50,037 nucleotides of DNA from Octopus bimaculoides (GCF_001194135.2 NC_068983.1:80151586-80201622); one strand, 5' to 3'; shown: positions 1-12,379, counted from the first letter of the stretch. Notes: generated by a model from the letters alone, not told the origin. Numbers and translations: made by a program.

Positions 1-36
<36 letters not shown>
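1..36. repeat. (TA)n microsatellite at window start
   Basis: Perfect TA run read directly. Confidence 0.97.
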
Positions 37-40
<4 letters not shown>

Positions 41-42
<2 letters not shown>

Positions 43-140
43 GTGTAAGCATGGCTGTGTGGTAAGAAGTTAGCTTCTCAACTACATGGTCCTGGGTACA
101 GACCCACTGCATGGCACCTTGGGCAAGTGTCTTCTACATA
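41..140 (+). mobile_element. tRNA-derived SINE head (family A/B), truncated
   Basis: A-box-like TGGCTGTGTGGTAAG, degenerate B-box, then GGCACCTTGGGCAAGTGTCTTCTA. The same head recurs at about 13938, 39513 and, reversed, at about 20475, 35043 and 36410. Confidence 0.8.
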
Positions 141-163
141 CACACAAACATATATATGTATGT

Positions 164-198
<35 letters not shown>

Positions 199-242
199 TG
201 CAGGAAAAGCCATAAAATGTGATAACCGTGTCATTATGCTAT

Positions 243-985
243 TATCTACCAATGAGGCATGACGTTATAGCTAGTACAATCTATAATGAAATCTGTTGGA
301 AGGAGAATCCTGAAGACAAAGAAATAGCACCCACAATATGGTAAAAGCCATAGCCATTCATAATAAAAAGGAATTCTGGCAGAATGTGCCAATGAAGACC
401 TCAATAAAATGTAAGCACAACAGACTTGATATAAAGAAGAGACACTGTGCACACTTGTGGAAATTAGCTGCTCGGTAGATGCTAACATAAAGCCGAAGAT
501 CAGTGAAAAAGAGAGCACCTATGATGAACTATTGAGAAATCTACAGTTATTCTATCCAGATTACAAGTTCAGGTTTATACCCGTAATTATTGAGGCCCTG
601 GGATAAGTAACACACTACCTAAATACCAATCTTGAGAAATTAGGCTTCTCGAAACCAGAAAGGAGAAAGCTAATTCAAAGAATACAGATCCAGTCCATCA
701 CTGGACCTGTAAAAATCTGTGCAACTTTCCAGAAGTTTATCATTTAAATATATATGAGCACGTCAAGATATGCAACTATATGCATGAAAATACATGCATA
801 AAACATACATATCTGTACATACATACATGCATACGAACATACATACAAACAAACAAACAAACAAACAAAAATACCCTGTTGTTGATATTGAAATTCTAAT
901 GAAGGAGCCTTGGATCTAGGTTAGACACCAGTTCTTTCTCTAGTGACAAGAAATCTTGAAATAAACTGAATAATGACATATACGC
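243..985 (+). mobile_element. 5'-truncated R4/Dong-like non-LTR retrotransposon: C-terminal restriction-like endonuclease region (243-747) plus 3' UTR
   Basis: Reading through frameshifts/stops gives YLPMRHDVIASTIYNEI...KCKHNRLDI...LVEISC...EKESTYDELLRNLQLFYPDYKFRFIPVIIEALG...KLIQRIQIQSITGPVKICATFQKFII*. The RHD, (P/L)DI, E-I and K-x-x-x-Y motifs are typical of REL-endonuclease LINEs. Confidence 0.8.
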
Positions 986-992
986 ACATATG

Positions 993-1205
993 ACAGTGTG
1001 TTTCTACTTGTCTCTGTATTAGCATAATTGGAGAAACAGTGCACTTGTTTACATCATCTGCAACTTGAGAGTTTCATTTGTTTAGTGTGAAGAGAAAGGG
1101 AATAAAAACACCTTACATGGAAAACAAGAGTTGCTGACAAGAAGGGTGTCTGGCTGTAGAAATACTACCACAAGAAGTATCAGCCAACCCAAGCTAGTGA
1201 GAAAA
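993..1205 (+). mobile_element. Decayed 3' half of family-B SINE / RTE-type tail
   Basis: GAAGGGTGTCTGGCTGTAGAAA...CCAACCCAAGCTAG resembles the tails at 39820-39910 and 25510-25620. Confidence 0.5.
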
Positions 1206-1729
1206 TATGGAAGAAGAATTTCATTTAGTTACAAAAGAAGGAAACATCTGCTACAGATATTCAAGATAGCAAGGGAAAATCCATAGTCAGAAAAAAGATA
1301 TCTTCTGCAAAACACAAAATAAATTATATTCATAACATGTTTTACACTCATATCATAATAGCATTATTTTGGTTCTCTCAATGTATTGTTTATCCATTAA
1401 GCTTTTATGTTGTGTTTCATAGCTTAATGCATTTCTGATGATGACAATTATATGTAGAAATTTAGTACAAAACTAGGGTTTTGTTTTGTTTTTTGTTGGT
1501 TTTTTTTCACATTATGCTTGACCTTTCTAAGTATTGTAAAGGATATGATTTGCTTTGCACTGTTGATAGTGTTAACTGTCACTACAATCTGAAAATAGAT
1601 ATCATTTTCTCATGGAGATTCCTTAAAAAAAGGGTTATGCTCATAGCCTATGGCCTTCCTCAGAGTGAAGGTTTAGAAGGTTAATGAAGTTAGTGTATTA
1701 TTATTATCTACAGTTACTGTAATATTAGT

Positions 1730-1942
1730 GCTTTGGAATTTTGGTACAAGGCCAGCAATTTCAGGAGAAGGCATAAGTTGGTTACATCAACCCCAGTACT
1801 AAACTGGTGCTTACTTTATTGACCCCAAAAGGACAAAAGACAAAATCAGCCTCGGCAGCATTTGAACTCAGAATGTACAGATGGATGAAATGCTGTTAAG
1901 CATTTTGCTTGGCATGTTAATGATTCTGCCAGCTTGCCACCA
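1730..1942 (-). mobile_element. tRNA-derived SINE family C
   Basis: Reverse strand reads GGTGGCAAGCTGGCAGAATC...CTGAGTTCAAATGCTGCCGAGG (A and B boxes). Many homologous copies occur in the window. Confidence 0.85.
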
Positions 1943-3089
1943 TTTTGTATATTAATATTATCAACAGTATAGTTCTATGGATGAAATGGATTAATTGTAC
2001 TCCTAGGCATTTTTGCGAGTGTTTTTTTTTGTTTTTGTTTTTTTTTTTGTTATTTTTTACAATTTGGGAGATGTTGTGGCATTAGGCTCTAAGTGTGTCA
2101 ACAAGCAAAAGAAAAATAATTAGTACTTTTAAACGGTTTTGAAGTGAAGCCAGTTAGCTCTATCTTTTCCTATTTCTTAAAAATTTTATTTATTTAGATC
2201 AATGAAGCTGATGCATTTTCATTTTGATAAAATAAACCCACTTCTAAAGAATTCAACTTAGAATATTAAAAATTGTGCTTTTCTTTTTTTAGCCTGACTT
2301 ATACTTCTATATATTTAGTTTCGTTTTTTGGGGGGTTTTTTTGCAATGTTAATCCTGGAGCCATCCAATTAGGGTGAAGATTGCTATTATCATGAAGTAG
2401 AAGTTAAATGAATATTGACACTTTTTTCTTTTTCTTTTTCCAACATTTTACTTAGAAATATTAGAAAATACAAGATTAAATATTATATCCAGGTCTTTTA
2501 ACTCTTTTAACTGCAAAGAAAAGCAGTTTCCATTCTGAAATGCTAGAATTGTTTTATAATGGATGGCGTTTGTATAAACAAAAATGAATTTTAAATAACA
2601 CAAAAAGAAAACAACCTAAGACAAATATTGTTGCTTAACAGAAATATAATTGCCTAAATTATAATTGCTGCTGTTACGTTGTTGTTATTTTTATACTTTC
2701 ATGTTATTTGTTCCACTTCCATTATATTTTGCAAACTGGAACTCTCACTTTCACAATATTACCTAAATGAACTTTTCAACAGATCTCAAATTGTCTTTAA
2801 TTTAAATTTATGGTTTCTCACAACTTTGCTCATTGTATAAATATGTGTACACATGTGTGAGTATCTGTGTGTATTCATGTGCTTTTTGTTCCCTCCACCA
2901 TAAGCTTTATAGCAAAACTGTAGTTTCTCCTAGGTCAACATCACTATTGAGAATAATTTTCTTAACTTCCAGTTCAATCTCTCTTTTAGTATTTCTCCCC
3001 CCCCTCTCTTTCTCTCCACATTCATTATTCCCATTTAGAGCCATAGATGCCGGAGTCAGTAAGTAGAGCACCAAAGAACTAGTTGAGTT

Positions 3090-3285
3090 ATTGCTTAACC
3101 CCTGGTTAACTCTGATTAATTAGACCTATGAGGAAAAACATATCTCTGTGATCATTCCATCTTGTATTCAGACCTGGTTTATTTAAGACTACAGCATTTA
3201 ATATACCCTTCACATCTAATGTTTGAGATTTGGCTGCTATTTCTAACTTGGTGAGCAACCAAGTAGAGGCTCCCTCATTATGTTG
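3090..3285 (+). repeat. Interspersed repeat family F (unclassified; strand is relative only)
   Basis: TTAACCCCTGG...GATTTGGCTGCTATTTCTA...TAGAGGCTCCC is homologous to 24880-25080, 30130-30305 and the reverse copy at 5135-5310. This accounts for ORF 3106-3309. Confidence 0.65.
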
Positions 3286-3721
3286 ATCTGGCCATAGCTC
3301 TTCAGCCATGATAAAGATGAATTAATTGTTAACCCCGATGTATCTTACAGCATATGAGTACCCCTAACATGAAACTATGGCTCTGCAAATCTGATGGTTG
3401 TTTCTTTCATTCTCAGTTCCATGTTTTGATTGTCTGGTGCATTTAGGTCATAAATGAATCATTAACTACTGGTGCTTCTCTTAATTGTTTCACAACCTAC
3501 CACCCCAGAAATGGATTTGACTTCATGTTATCAACATCTTATCAACTCATATCCATCTAAATATTTATTTACACTATAAAGATAAAGCTGTATGCTTCAA
3601 TTCCAGGAATGGAAAAACTGTTCTGGCCCCTTCAAACACTACTTTATGCTCTCATCTCCAGCATTTCTACTGTAAGATGTTTAATGAATTGCAATTAACT
3701 ATATATGCATTTATACAAATA

Positions 3722-3995
3722 ATGCTCTCTCCGAATGTGGCCGATGCCAGACCCACCTTGACTGGCACATGAAAAATGCCATCCAATCGTGGTCAATGCC
3801 AGCCCTCTCTGGCCCCTGTGCTGGTGGCATGTAAAAAGCACCCACTACACTCTCGGAGTGGTTGGCATTAGGAAGGGCATCAAGCTGTAGAAACACTACC
3901 AGATCAGACTGGAGCCTAGTGTAGCCTCTTGGCTTCGAACCGTCCAACTCATGCCAGCATGGAAAGCAGACGTTAAACGATGATGATGATGATGA
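3722..3995 (+). mobile_element. RTE-LINE-tailed element (family D) ending in (GAT)n
   Basis: GGTTGGCATTAGGAAGGGCATC...CCAACTCATGCCAGCATGGAAAGCAGACGTTAAACGATGATGATG. At least 8 homologous ends occur in the window. Confidence 0.85.
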
Positions 3996-4149
3996 ATGCA
4001 AATAATTATTTATACAAATAATGCAATTTCATATTCTCAATATCCAATGTTCTACCATTGATTCCATAAGCTGTCCTCATCCTACATTCCTTTCCATAGT
4101 AAGAATACTTTCTGTGTCTTTAAATGAAAATATATAATAATAATAATAA

Positions 4150-4368
4150 AAACAATCCTTTCTACTCGAGGCACGAAGCCTCAAATTTGTGGGGAGGTGA
4201 CTAGTCGATTACACCAACCCCAGTCTTTCACTGGTACTTATTTTATCAACCCTGAAAGGATGAAAGGCAAAGTCGACCTCAGCAGAATTTGATCTCAGAA
4301 CTTAGTAACGGGTAAAATACCGCTAAGCATTTTGCTCAGCATGCTAATTAATGATTCTGATTTGCCTT
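4150..4368 (-). mobile_element. SINE family C
   Basis: Homologous to 1730-1942 and preceded on + by (AAT)n. Confidence 0.85.
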
Positions 4369-4370
4369 GG

Positions 4371-4729
4371 TATAAAAGATAGGCTACAGCAAATGTTCTA
4401 CTCAGTACCACAAATTTGCTTGTCAGTTGTTTGACCATAACCAGTTGAGCATGTCCCTTAGTGGCTGACGATATGTGCATCACTGATCATGAGCAGAAGT
4501 AGTCAGGGAGCATCATAGCCATGTTTTGAGAGGAAATCTTTGGAGTTTGGATAATTCACCTCTGGAAACATGGGTGTTTCATCCAACATCCTTATGGTTG
4601 TGATGCATGTGCCCGGCGTACCCTGATCAGACAGGTAGTCATGATGGGTATACTGGGTGTCGTATATTTTACCCCAGTGTCACTTTGATGACATGCGCTA
4701 CTCTCTCATTCAACAATAGTAATAACAAT
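4371..4729 (+). mobile_element. Repeat family E, (AAT)n-tailed, probable non-autonomous retroelement or LINE 3' UTR (strand inferred from tail)
   Basis: High identity to 21544-21989, e.g. CCAGTTGAGCATGTCCCTTAGTGGCTGACGATATGTG is exact in both. Confidence 0.75.
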
Positions 4730-4895
4730 GGTCCTTTATACCAATAGGCAAAAGGCCTGAAATTTTAGGTGGGGGCTCATTCTTATTTTATCAACCCCAA
4801 AAGGATGAAAGGTAGAGTAGACCTCGGCGGCATTTGAACTCAAAATATAAAGCTGGAAGAAATGCTGTTCAGCATTTTGCTTGGTGTGTCATGTT
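4730..4895 (-). mobile_element. SINE family C (head truncated)
   Basis: GACCTCGGCGGCATTTGAACTCA and flanks match the other C copies. Confidence 0.8.
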
Positions 4896-5134
4896 GTGTC
4901 ACACTGTGTCATGCTCAATCTCCCTGAAAACTACATGGAGTGCTCAGCCACTTGCACGTTAATTTCACAAGCAGGCTGTTCCATTGATTGGATCAACTGG
5001 AACCTACATCATCATAATTGGTAGAGTGCTACACATCTTTTATTATTCCTAGAAAGAAGAGTTTCACTCCTTCTTCGCATATATAATCCATTGTCATGGA
5101 TTCTTTTTTAATTAAATATGCTATCCACCTTGGA

Positions 5135-5310
5135 GTAGATATTGTGTGAAGGATCCATGTGGTGGATCCCTTGGAAAGAGCAGCCAACTCTCAATCAAAT
5201 CACACCCAACTGCTTTAGAAAAAAGTAAAAGATGTACTAGATAATGGGATCTGGAAGAATCCCTGATTGAGAAAAAAATGGGATGCTTATGGCTTGGATG
5301 TCTGAAACTA
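5135..5310 (-). repeat. Family F repeat, reverse orientation
   Basis: Reverse complement contains GGGTGTGATTTGATTGAGAGTTGGCTGCTCTTTCC, matching the F copies. Confidence 0.6.
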
Positions 5311-8143
5311 AATAACAACAGTAACTTTCCAGTCCCATCACTGATCATGCCTATCTCATGTATCCCTCAACCCTTTCGATCAAAGTCTTCTGCCTCAAGT
5401 ATGATAATGACAAATATGTTGTCCACCCTAAATAGGTTGACATTCAATTTTGAATTGATTTAGATTTACTTTTGTCTCCACACTTGGATATGCTTATCAT
5501 CTGAGAACTTACTCAGACAAAGAGTTTCCAAAGTTGAACTCTTTGTTTTGATTCTGTATTTGTGAGGGAAACAATTAATTACATATTTCATATTTATTAC
5601 CCCTTATCCTGTTATTTATATAGTTATTTTTCAACAAATATTAGTATGCACCATTTTTTTTTTTTAAATGCTACTTGTATTTGTTGCATTTGGAGTGTTA
5701 TCTTTGAATATTAAAACCTAACACATCACTATCATCACAAGGCTTTGACTTCTAGGTATGAAGAGATGTTCTTTTCAAATTAATTTTTTTGTAGCATTTT
5801 ATAAAGAAATCAATAAAAATATTGGAATCGATTTTTCAGATTGATCTGTTTTTATTTGAACTGAGATTACAACCATTTTTGTTTTTTTTTTCTTTAAGTG
5901 TCATATTTTATATAATTCCAACTAATAGGATAATATTAACCCTTGTCTTTTTCTGCATTTCAAGAAATACACATTACATAAAATATTAAAAATGAAATTC
6001 TTTCAGCTAAGAATTTCATTTCTTTTCCATTTGATGTTATTTAATGAAAACAAGAAAAATATTTCTGATTCAACAATTTCCATTTTGTCTCCTTATTTCT
6101 ATTTCATAAAACAGAATTCTTGGAAACTGAAGGACTCTGTCTAAAATTTTGGTTATTCCATTCCTCAAAGCTGTTTCACTGTACTTTTTCTGTCACCTTT
6201 TTTTTTTCCCATAAAAAAAATGTCTGCTGTTATCCTATGTATGTATTCTTCCTTTCTCATCTTCTATATTCTTTGATATACCTATCTTGGGCATATGCTT
6301 TTTAATGATTTGTAATCCCTTGGCATGTTCTTACAATTTTGCATCTAATTCTCATTTCATTTTAACTATTATTTTGTGTCGATGCCCACTTTTCATTATT
6401 AACATACATCGAATAAATTTAAAATTACTTTCTTCGTAATATACACCTGACAAAAATATTTACTTTTCCATGCAGAATGTTTCTTGAAATGTAACTGAAC
6501 GAATTTGTTGCTTATTACTCTTTTAGCTGACTCTACATATAGTGATTAGAGGGTTAACTGTCTTGGTTTACCTTTTTGTATACCACTATCTTGTTAAATT
6601 CACTTGTTAATTGGAATATATTTTAAAGTGAAATAACACAATTTTAGCCTAGACATTCTACTTCAGAATATTATCCATCTAATTAGGTTATTTGATCATT
6701 AATTTATTTCTTGTAATAAAGATGTCAGTACTTTTGCTGATATTTTGCTGTCAAGAAAGATATTTACTTTCAAAAATGAACCCTTGTTGTTTATAGGCTA
6801 GAGTTTTCACCTGATATAAAATTGTTTCTTTAGACAAATCACATTGTTTCCTTTAGCCGGGCAAGATGAATATATGAAGGGAACACTCTAGAATCAATGA
6901 AACTAGTGATAGTTTGCATCAGCCAGATACCATTCAATAAAATCCACAAAAAGATATAGGTTTTGAAGTATTGTAAATCTCTTCGTATAATGGTTCTCAA
7001 AACTTTTTCCATTTTGTGAACTATAAAGCTAAAGTGAGCTCTTTTATCTTCTGCTATCTTTTTTTTTCACACATTTTTCTTTCTGTTTTTTTTGTTTTTT
7101 TTTGCTGAGAAGTTGGAACCAATGTTTGGTGAGTTGGCACTAAATTATTGCTGTTAATTCACAGTCTAAAGAATTTGAAGTTAGAGTTTTATAGAAATAT
7201 ATGGTGGAAGCAAAAGGTATTCTACACTGGTAGTGTTCAGAATAAATGATTGAATGCAATGTTTTGTACAAAGTCACATGAGGGACTACTCGACCTTAAC
7301 ATTTTCAATGAAGCCTACTCTGAAGTACTGCAATGCAGAACCAACAAATTAGTTTCTTTTCATTGTACCAAAACACAAATGCTACACACATGAAATAGCA
7401 AACCATAATACTAAATTTCACTTCTTCATGAATGATATTGAAGCTGTCATTTTTAAACATGCTACACTAACAATTGCAGATAACCTGTATGCCCTTGTGT
7501 AATTCAAATTTCTGAAACTGCATTGCAAAGGCTGCCTTTTTTCTTAAAGACTATAATTTACTTTGGCACTTCTTAACCCTAAACTGAAAACTAAGCCTTC
7601 TTAAATCCATTTTGAAAATGCTAAAAATATAGTTCTTCCAGAAAAGATTGCTGGAGACTGTAAATCCTTGCAAGTGCAGTTAGCAAGCTGGGAGCTGTTC
7701 ATGAGGAGGAGGAGGATCTGGATATAACTGGTTATATATCTCTACTGTTAAATGGGAAGAGTATGGGGAAGGACCTCATTAATGGGAGATATGATGTCAG
7801 TTGGGAATTGTTAATGTTGGCAGTGAACTGAACATAAAATTGGAATAACATGGAGGAGTAAGGGTTGGGTATGTTACAGGTAGATGAGTATTAACCATAT
7901 GGCAGTTCATTTACTGCAATATTTTAACTCTATTTTGGATGGACATTAGTGTGCTATATTTTTTTCTTTTTTATGTTGCATTTTTAAACATTTTAATGCT
8001 AACACCAAGGGCTAATTGAGTAAATTTGGAAATTTTTGCTTCAATTATTTGAGTAGGTATTCTACTACTAGGTAGTCCCTATAATTCTAAACACCCAGAC
8101 TTAGAATGAAAATAATACCTATTTTCAGCAGAGTGTAACAAGA

Positions 8144-8329
8144 GGATAAATATGTTTAGACAGTACAATATACTATCACTGGAGAAAATTGTTTAGACTG
8201 TACAGTGTTTTACCATAGGAGAAATGTGTTTAGACAGTTCAGTGTGCTACAATTGGAGAAACATGTTTAAGCAGTGCAGTGGTATATTCTTCAGGAAAAA
8301 TGTGTTTAGCAAGTACACTGTGTTATTTA
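8144..8329. repeat. 37-bp degenerate minisatellite, 5 copies
   Basis: Units start at 8144, 8181, 8218, 8255 and about 8293, with core GGAGAAA..TGTTTAGACAGTACAGTG. Confidence 0.85.
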
Positions 8330-8474
8330 TCACAATTTGTAACCTTAGTTACTTAGATACCTCATCTCCAAATGTTTATTCTATCAAAGAAACTTAAATG
8401 TTAACACATTTCTGCAATTAATTATACTTCTTGGACTTTTATTACATGCATTACTTTTAATCAAATTTACAAAA

Positions 8475-8476
<2 letters not shown>

Positions 8477-8512
<36 letters not shown>

Positions 8513-8544
8513 ATCCATCTCGCTCTCTCTCTTTCTCCCTCTAA

Positions 8545-8576
<32 letters not shown>

Positions 8577-8645
8577 GTGTGTGTATGCGTGTATCTATTT
8601 GTATATAGTGTGCGTGTGTGTATCTATCTATATATGTGTGTGTGC
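8477..8645. repeat. Compound microsatellite (GT)n/(CT)n/(AT)n
   Basis: Read directly. Similar compound tracts lie at about 164-197, 9982-10036, 11460-11559, 12323-12378, 29898-29922, 40377-40432, 44418-44484 and 46889-46943. Confidence 0.95.
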
Positions 8646-11505
8646 AAGTATATGAACTTTAATTATCATTTTGAGATCTATTAGATATATTTTTACTTAT
8701 TGAAACAACAATTATACTACAACAACAACAGTAGTAGCAAAACTAGTGAGATTAGTTTAAACATGATGAAACCTAAAACTATCTTTCTTTCACTTAACAG
8801 AAAAAATAAAATGCAAGTTGAATTTTATATCAAAAGGGATATATGACACGAAAGAAATTTGTTATATCATAACATTTATATTATTGATATAATGTTAAGA
8901 GAATATTTATTTATAATCCCTTATAATAAAGATTATAATGGATGCTTGCATTTTCATACATAGACTCAACTAATTATGTTCAAGTGAAAGTATGAGTACA
9001 TACATATTTGTGTATATAAATGTGAGTGGATGTATGCATTTACATAAGATACACATATGCTCATATTAACAATTATTTCTATGGAAATTTATTTTCACCC
9101 CTATCCGTATTTGACAAGTCTTCAATATTTCCTCCACTTTATTTTGTCAAAACTTATGAATAGACTTGACCAGCTTATTGTTGTAGAGGTAATAACAAGA
9201 GTAACAACAGCAACACTGGCATTAGCTGTAGTAGTGGAAGTGATAACATTCATAACAAGGAATGGACTGCTTTGAAACGTAGTGTCTCCACTAAGCATTT
9301 TAATATCTGCTGGCCTTGTTTTTCTCCTCTATTCTGATTTTTTCCTTCTCTCTATAGTTTATCACCTAACTTTACAATTTTACATTCTTTTATTTCTCTC
9401 TTATATTTGAAAGAGGTGACATCATTTGGCTGATATTAGTATTATGCCATGTTCCTCTGCATGTGTTAAGTCCCTCCGTATTACCACTGACTAGCAATAA
9501 CAGTAGCAGTAACAACAACACCAGCAGCAGCAGCAGTAGAGGAAGATAAAGAAGAAGCAGCTGTAGCAATTTATTTCTTCTCTCTGATGCTGTATGTCTC
9601 AGTGTCTCCTATTATCAAGATCTGCAGCATTGTTGCTCAATACCATTCATCCACGCAAACACTAATCCTGCTAGTTATGGACTCATAAACTGATCATTTA
9701 ACTGATTACATGGCGAAAAAAGATACAGCTACCTCTGTCATTAGAAGTTTGCACGATTCCTAGTTATTCAGCTTCTACAAACCAGCTCAACAGCTGAAGA
9801 GATTTTTTTTTTCAAAATAGTTTTTACCCTTAGGGGATAGGCAACCATGAGAGGTAAGAATACTATACTTTTTAGCATCCTCTAATATTTTCTTTTATTA
9901 ACTTTGAATTATTACATTACAACCTATTTATATTATATATATCTATAACATCTTTATTTACATATTAATTTTCTTTTCCCATACATACATACATACATAC
10001 ATACATACATACATACAATTATTATTATTATTATTTATGTGTTTATTTATTTATTCCTTTTTCTAAAATGTTAAGAATTATTTTCTCTTCAAATCATTTA
10101 CCTGTCTCATGTTATAATATTAATAAATGTTCACTAGTGAAGCAGTGTTGTTCTCATTGTTAGAATAAAGTTAGAAAGGCTGCATCTCAAAACTGTATAT
10201 ATCCATAGAACTAGCAGTAAAAACAAATCCGTTTTGTTATTCTTATTTTAAACTTATATAAACATTTTATATTTTAGCATTATTATTGGATATTGAACGA
10301 TTATCACCCATTCTTTCTTTCATTCCATGTTATAAACATTTTCTTTCCTTTTCTCTTTTTCTCTCTCTCTCTCTGCATATTATGTCATAACTCATCATTG
10401 ACTTTTAAAGGCTCTTCAGTTGTCTATTATTCATTGTTAAATATTCCTGTAGCCTTACTCTTCAAACTAGCCTTACTCTGCAAACTGCATAATATAATAT
10501 AATATAATATCCTGTTTGAGAATTATTTTGTAATGCTTTAATTTAGAGAATAACTTTTTAAAAAGAATGCATCTGAGAGAATAGAATACATAACATAACA
10601 AACAATGTTTTTATAAAAGATGAAATTTAGTATAAACATCCATAATACTATTTACCGAAAACCTGTAAATATCGCATAAATATATCTATTTTGTGGAAAG
10701 CTAACATTTTAACACATTTATTTCTTCTCGTAAATTGTATCAGTTGATTTATTTGATTAGTTTTATTTAGTATTTTGTTATTGTTTTGTTTTTGTTTTCA
10801 AGAAAAAAAAAATGGCCTTTCATAAACACCTTTGATTATTGCTAAAGAAAACAAATAAATTGCACATATAGCCTAGAATGGATTAGAGAAATATTTTATA
10901 GGGTTAGAAATATATTTGTTTATGGAAGCAATATCTCCATAACTGGTTATAATCATGAAGTTTCTGTGTAATATTGAGTATATGCATGTGTGAAAGAGAG
11001 TGAGTGAATGTGTGTAAAGGCGAGAAAGAAAGCAGAAAAGTGTGTAGGTGAGAAAGAGCGTATGTTTGTGAGGGGGTGGGTGTGTGTGTATGTTCCTTTT
11101 GTATTGCTTTCTGGCCTTTGAGTATGGCCATACTAGAGCATTGAATATGTATGTGTACATACAAATGAAAGAGAGAGGGGTGAGAGAGAAAGAACATTAA
11201 AGAACCTGTATTTTGTAAATTTTCAGAAATTCAAGTATCTTGTCACTTTAACATATTTGCTTATAAACTATCTACACTTTGTTTTTTTTGTATTAAAGAA
11301 GTGAGAATTCTTTAATCACTTACAACACTTGTAAGTTGCATTGAATATTCTTATTTTCTTCAGTTTGACTTTATTCAACTTTAGTAAAACATTTTGCCTG
11401 GTTTATAAAAAGCCTTAACCATATTAGCTATAAATACACACTCACACACCACACGCTATATACATATATATGTGTGTGTGTGTGTATATATATATGTGTG
11501 TGTGG

Positions 11506-11548
<43 letters not shown>

Positions 11549-11774
11549 CACACACACACCTGACGCTGTTACTTCAGTTCTGTGTTGCTATTATTCCATG
11601 CAGTATTATTAAAGCATTAATTTTGGTGCATAGTGTCTATCTTTTCAAGTTTATGAAAGGATTTGGGTCCTGCACTTCATGCTACTAAATACTTATTAAT
11701 CAAACATTTCCTTTGCTGCTTGGCTCCTTACATCAGTAACTATGGGCTAAATACAACACTTAATTATAACCAGG

Positions 11775-11935
11775 TGAAGTGTGCTATTGACCATTTAGTT
11801 ACAATGTTTTCCTTTCTGTCATGGAGTGTCTAGTTTCAATTCTACTGTGGAGCACCTTGTACATCTCCTACCATGTCCATAGGTCAATCCATGTCTTAAA
11901 AGTGATGTTGATATTAAGTTGACAAAAACTACTCA
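11775..11935 (+). mobile_element. Highly decayed SINE A/B head
   Basis: GTTTCAATTCTACTGTGGAGCACCTTG... aligns loosely to the A/B head. Confidence 0.45.
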
Positions 11936-12326
11936 GAAATTCATCAGACAGAATATTTCTATTCTTTAGTGGTAGGGTTAATAATCTGTTGCCCAATCTA
12001 ATATCATTAACTAGTCCTTGGATGCCTTAGCTGAAGCCAAGTCCATTGTGCTACAATCCTTCGACCAAGTTTCTAAGTCTGAAGATAATTTCATATATGG
12101 ATACACTGCTTTCTACTGCGATAACCCATGAGTTTTGCCTGGAAAGCCCTGCAAAATGGTCACAAGTGCTACCAGGCCCCTTCTGATGGAGCAAAATAAA
12201 ATAAATAAATAATGTTATTCATAATGTGCTTTCACTAAGGATACAGTTGCTGTATTACCAGTGCAGTACTGCATCCCTAATGATCTCCAACAGACAACAC
12301 CTTTCATTCTCCAAATGGAAATATAC

Positions 12327-12379
<53 letters not shown>

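Noticed and set aside
1229-1360. Possible terminal exon LQKKETSATDIQDSKGKSIVRKK...
   Set aside because: Only an AG and a 42-codon open frame, no recognisable homology, and it lies next to a decayed repeat.
5350-5445. Minus-strand IILEAEDFDRKG resembling a carbohydrate-binding-module start
   Set aside because: Short match followed by a stop, with no supporting domain or splice structure.
8144-8329. CRISPR-like reading of the 37-bp repeat
   Set aside because: Units are directly tandem and degenerate with no unique spacers, no cas genes are present, and the context is eukaryotic.
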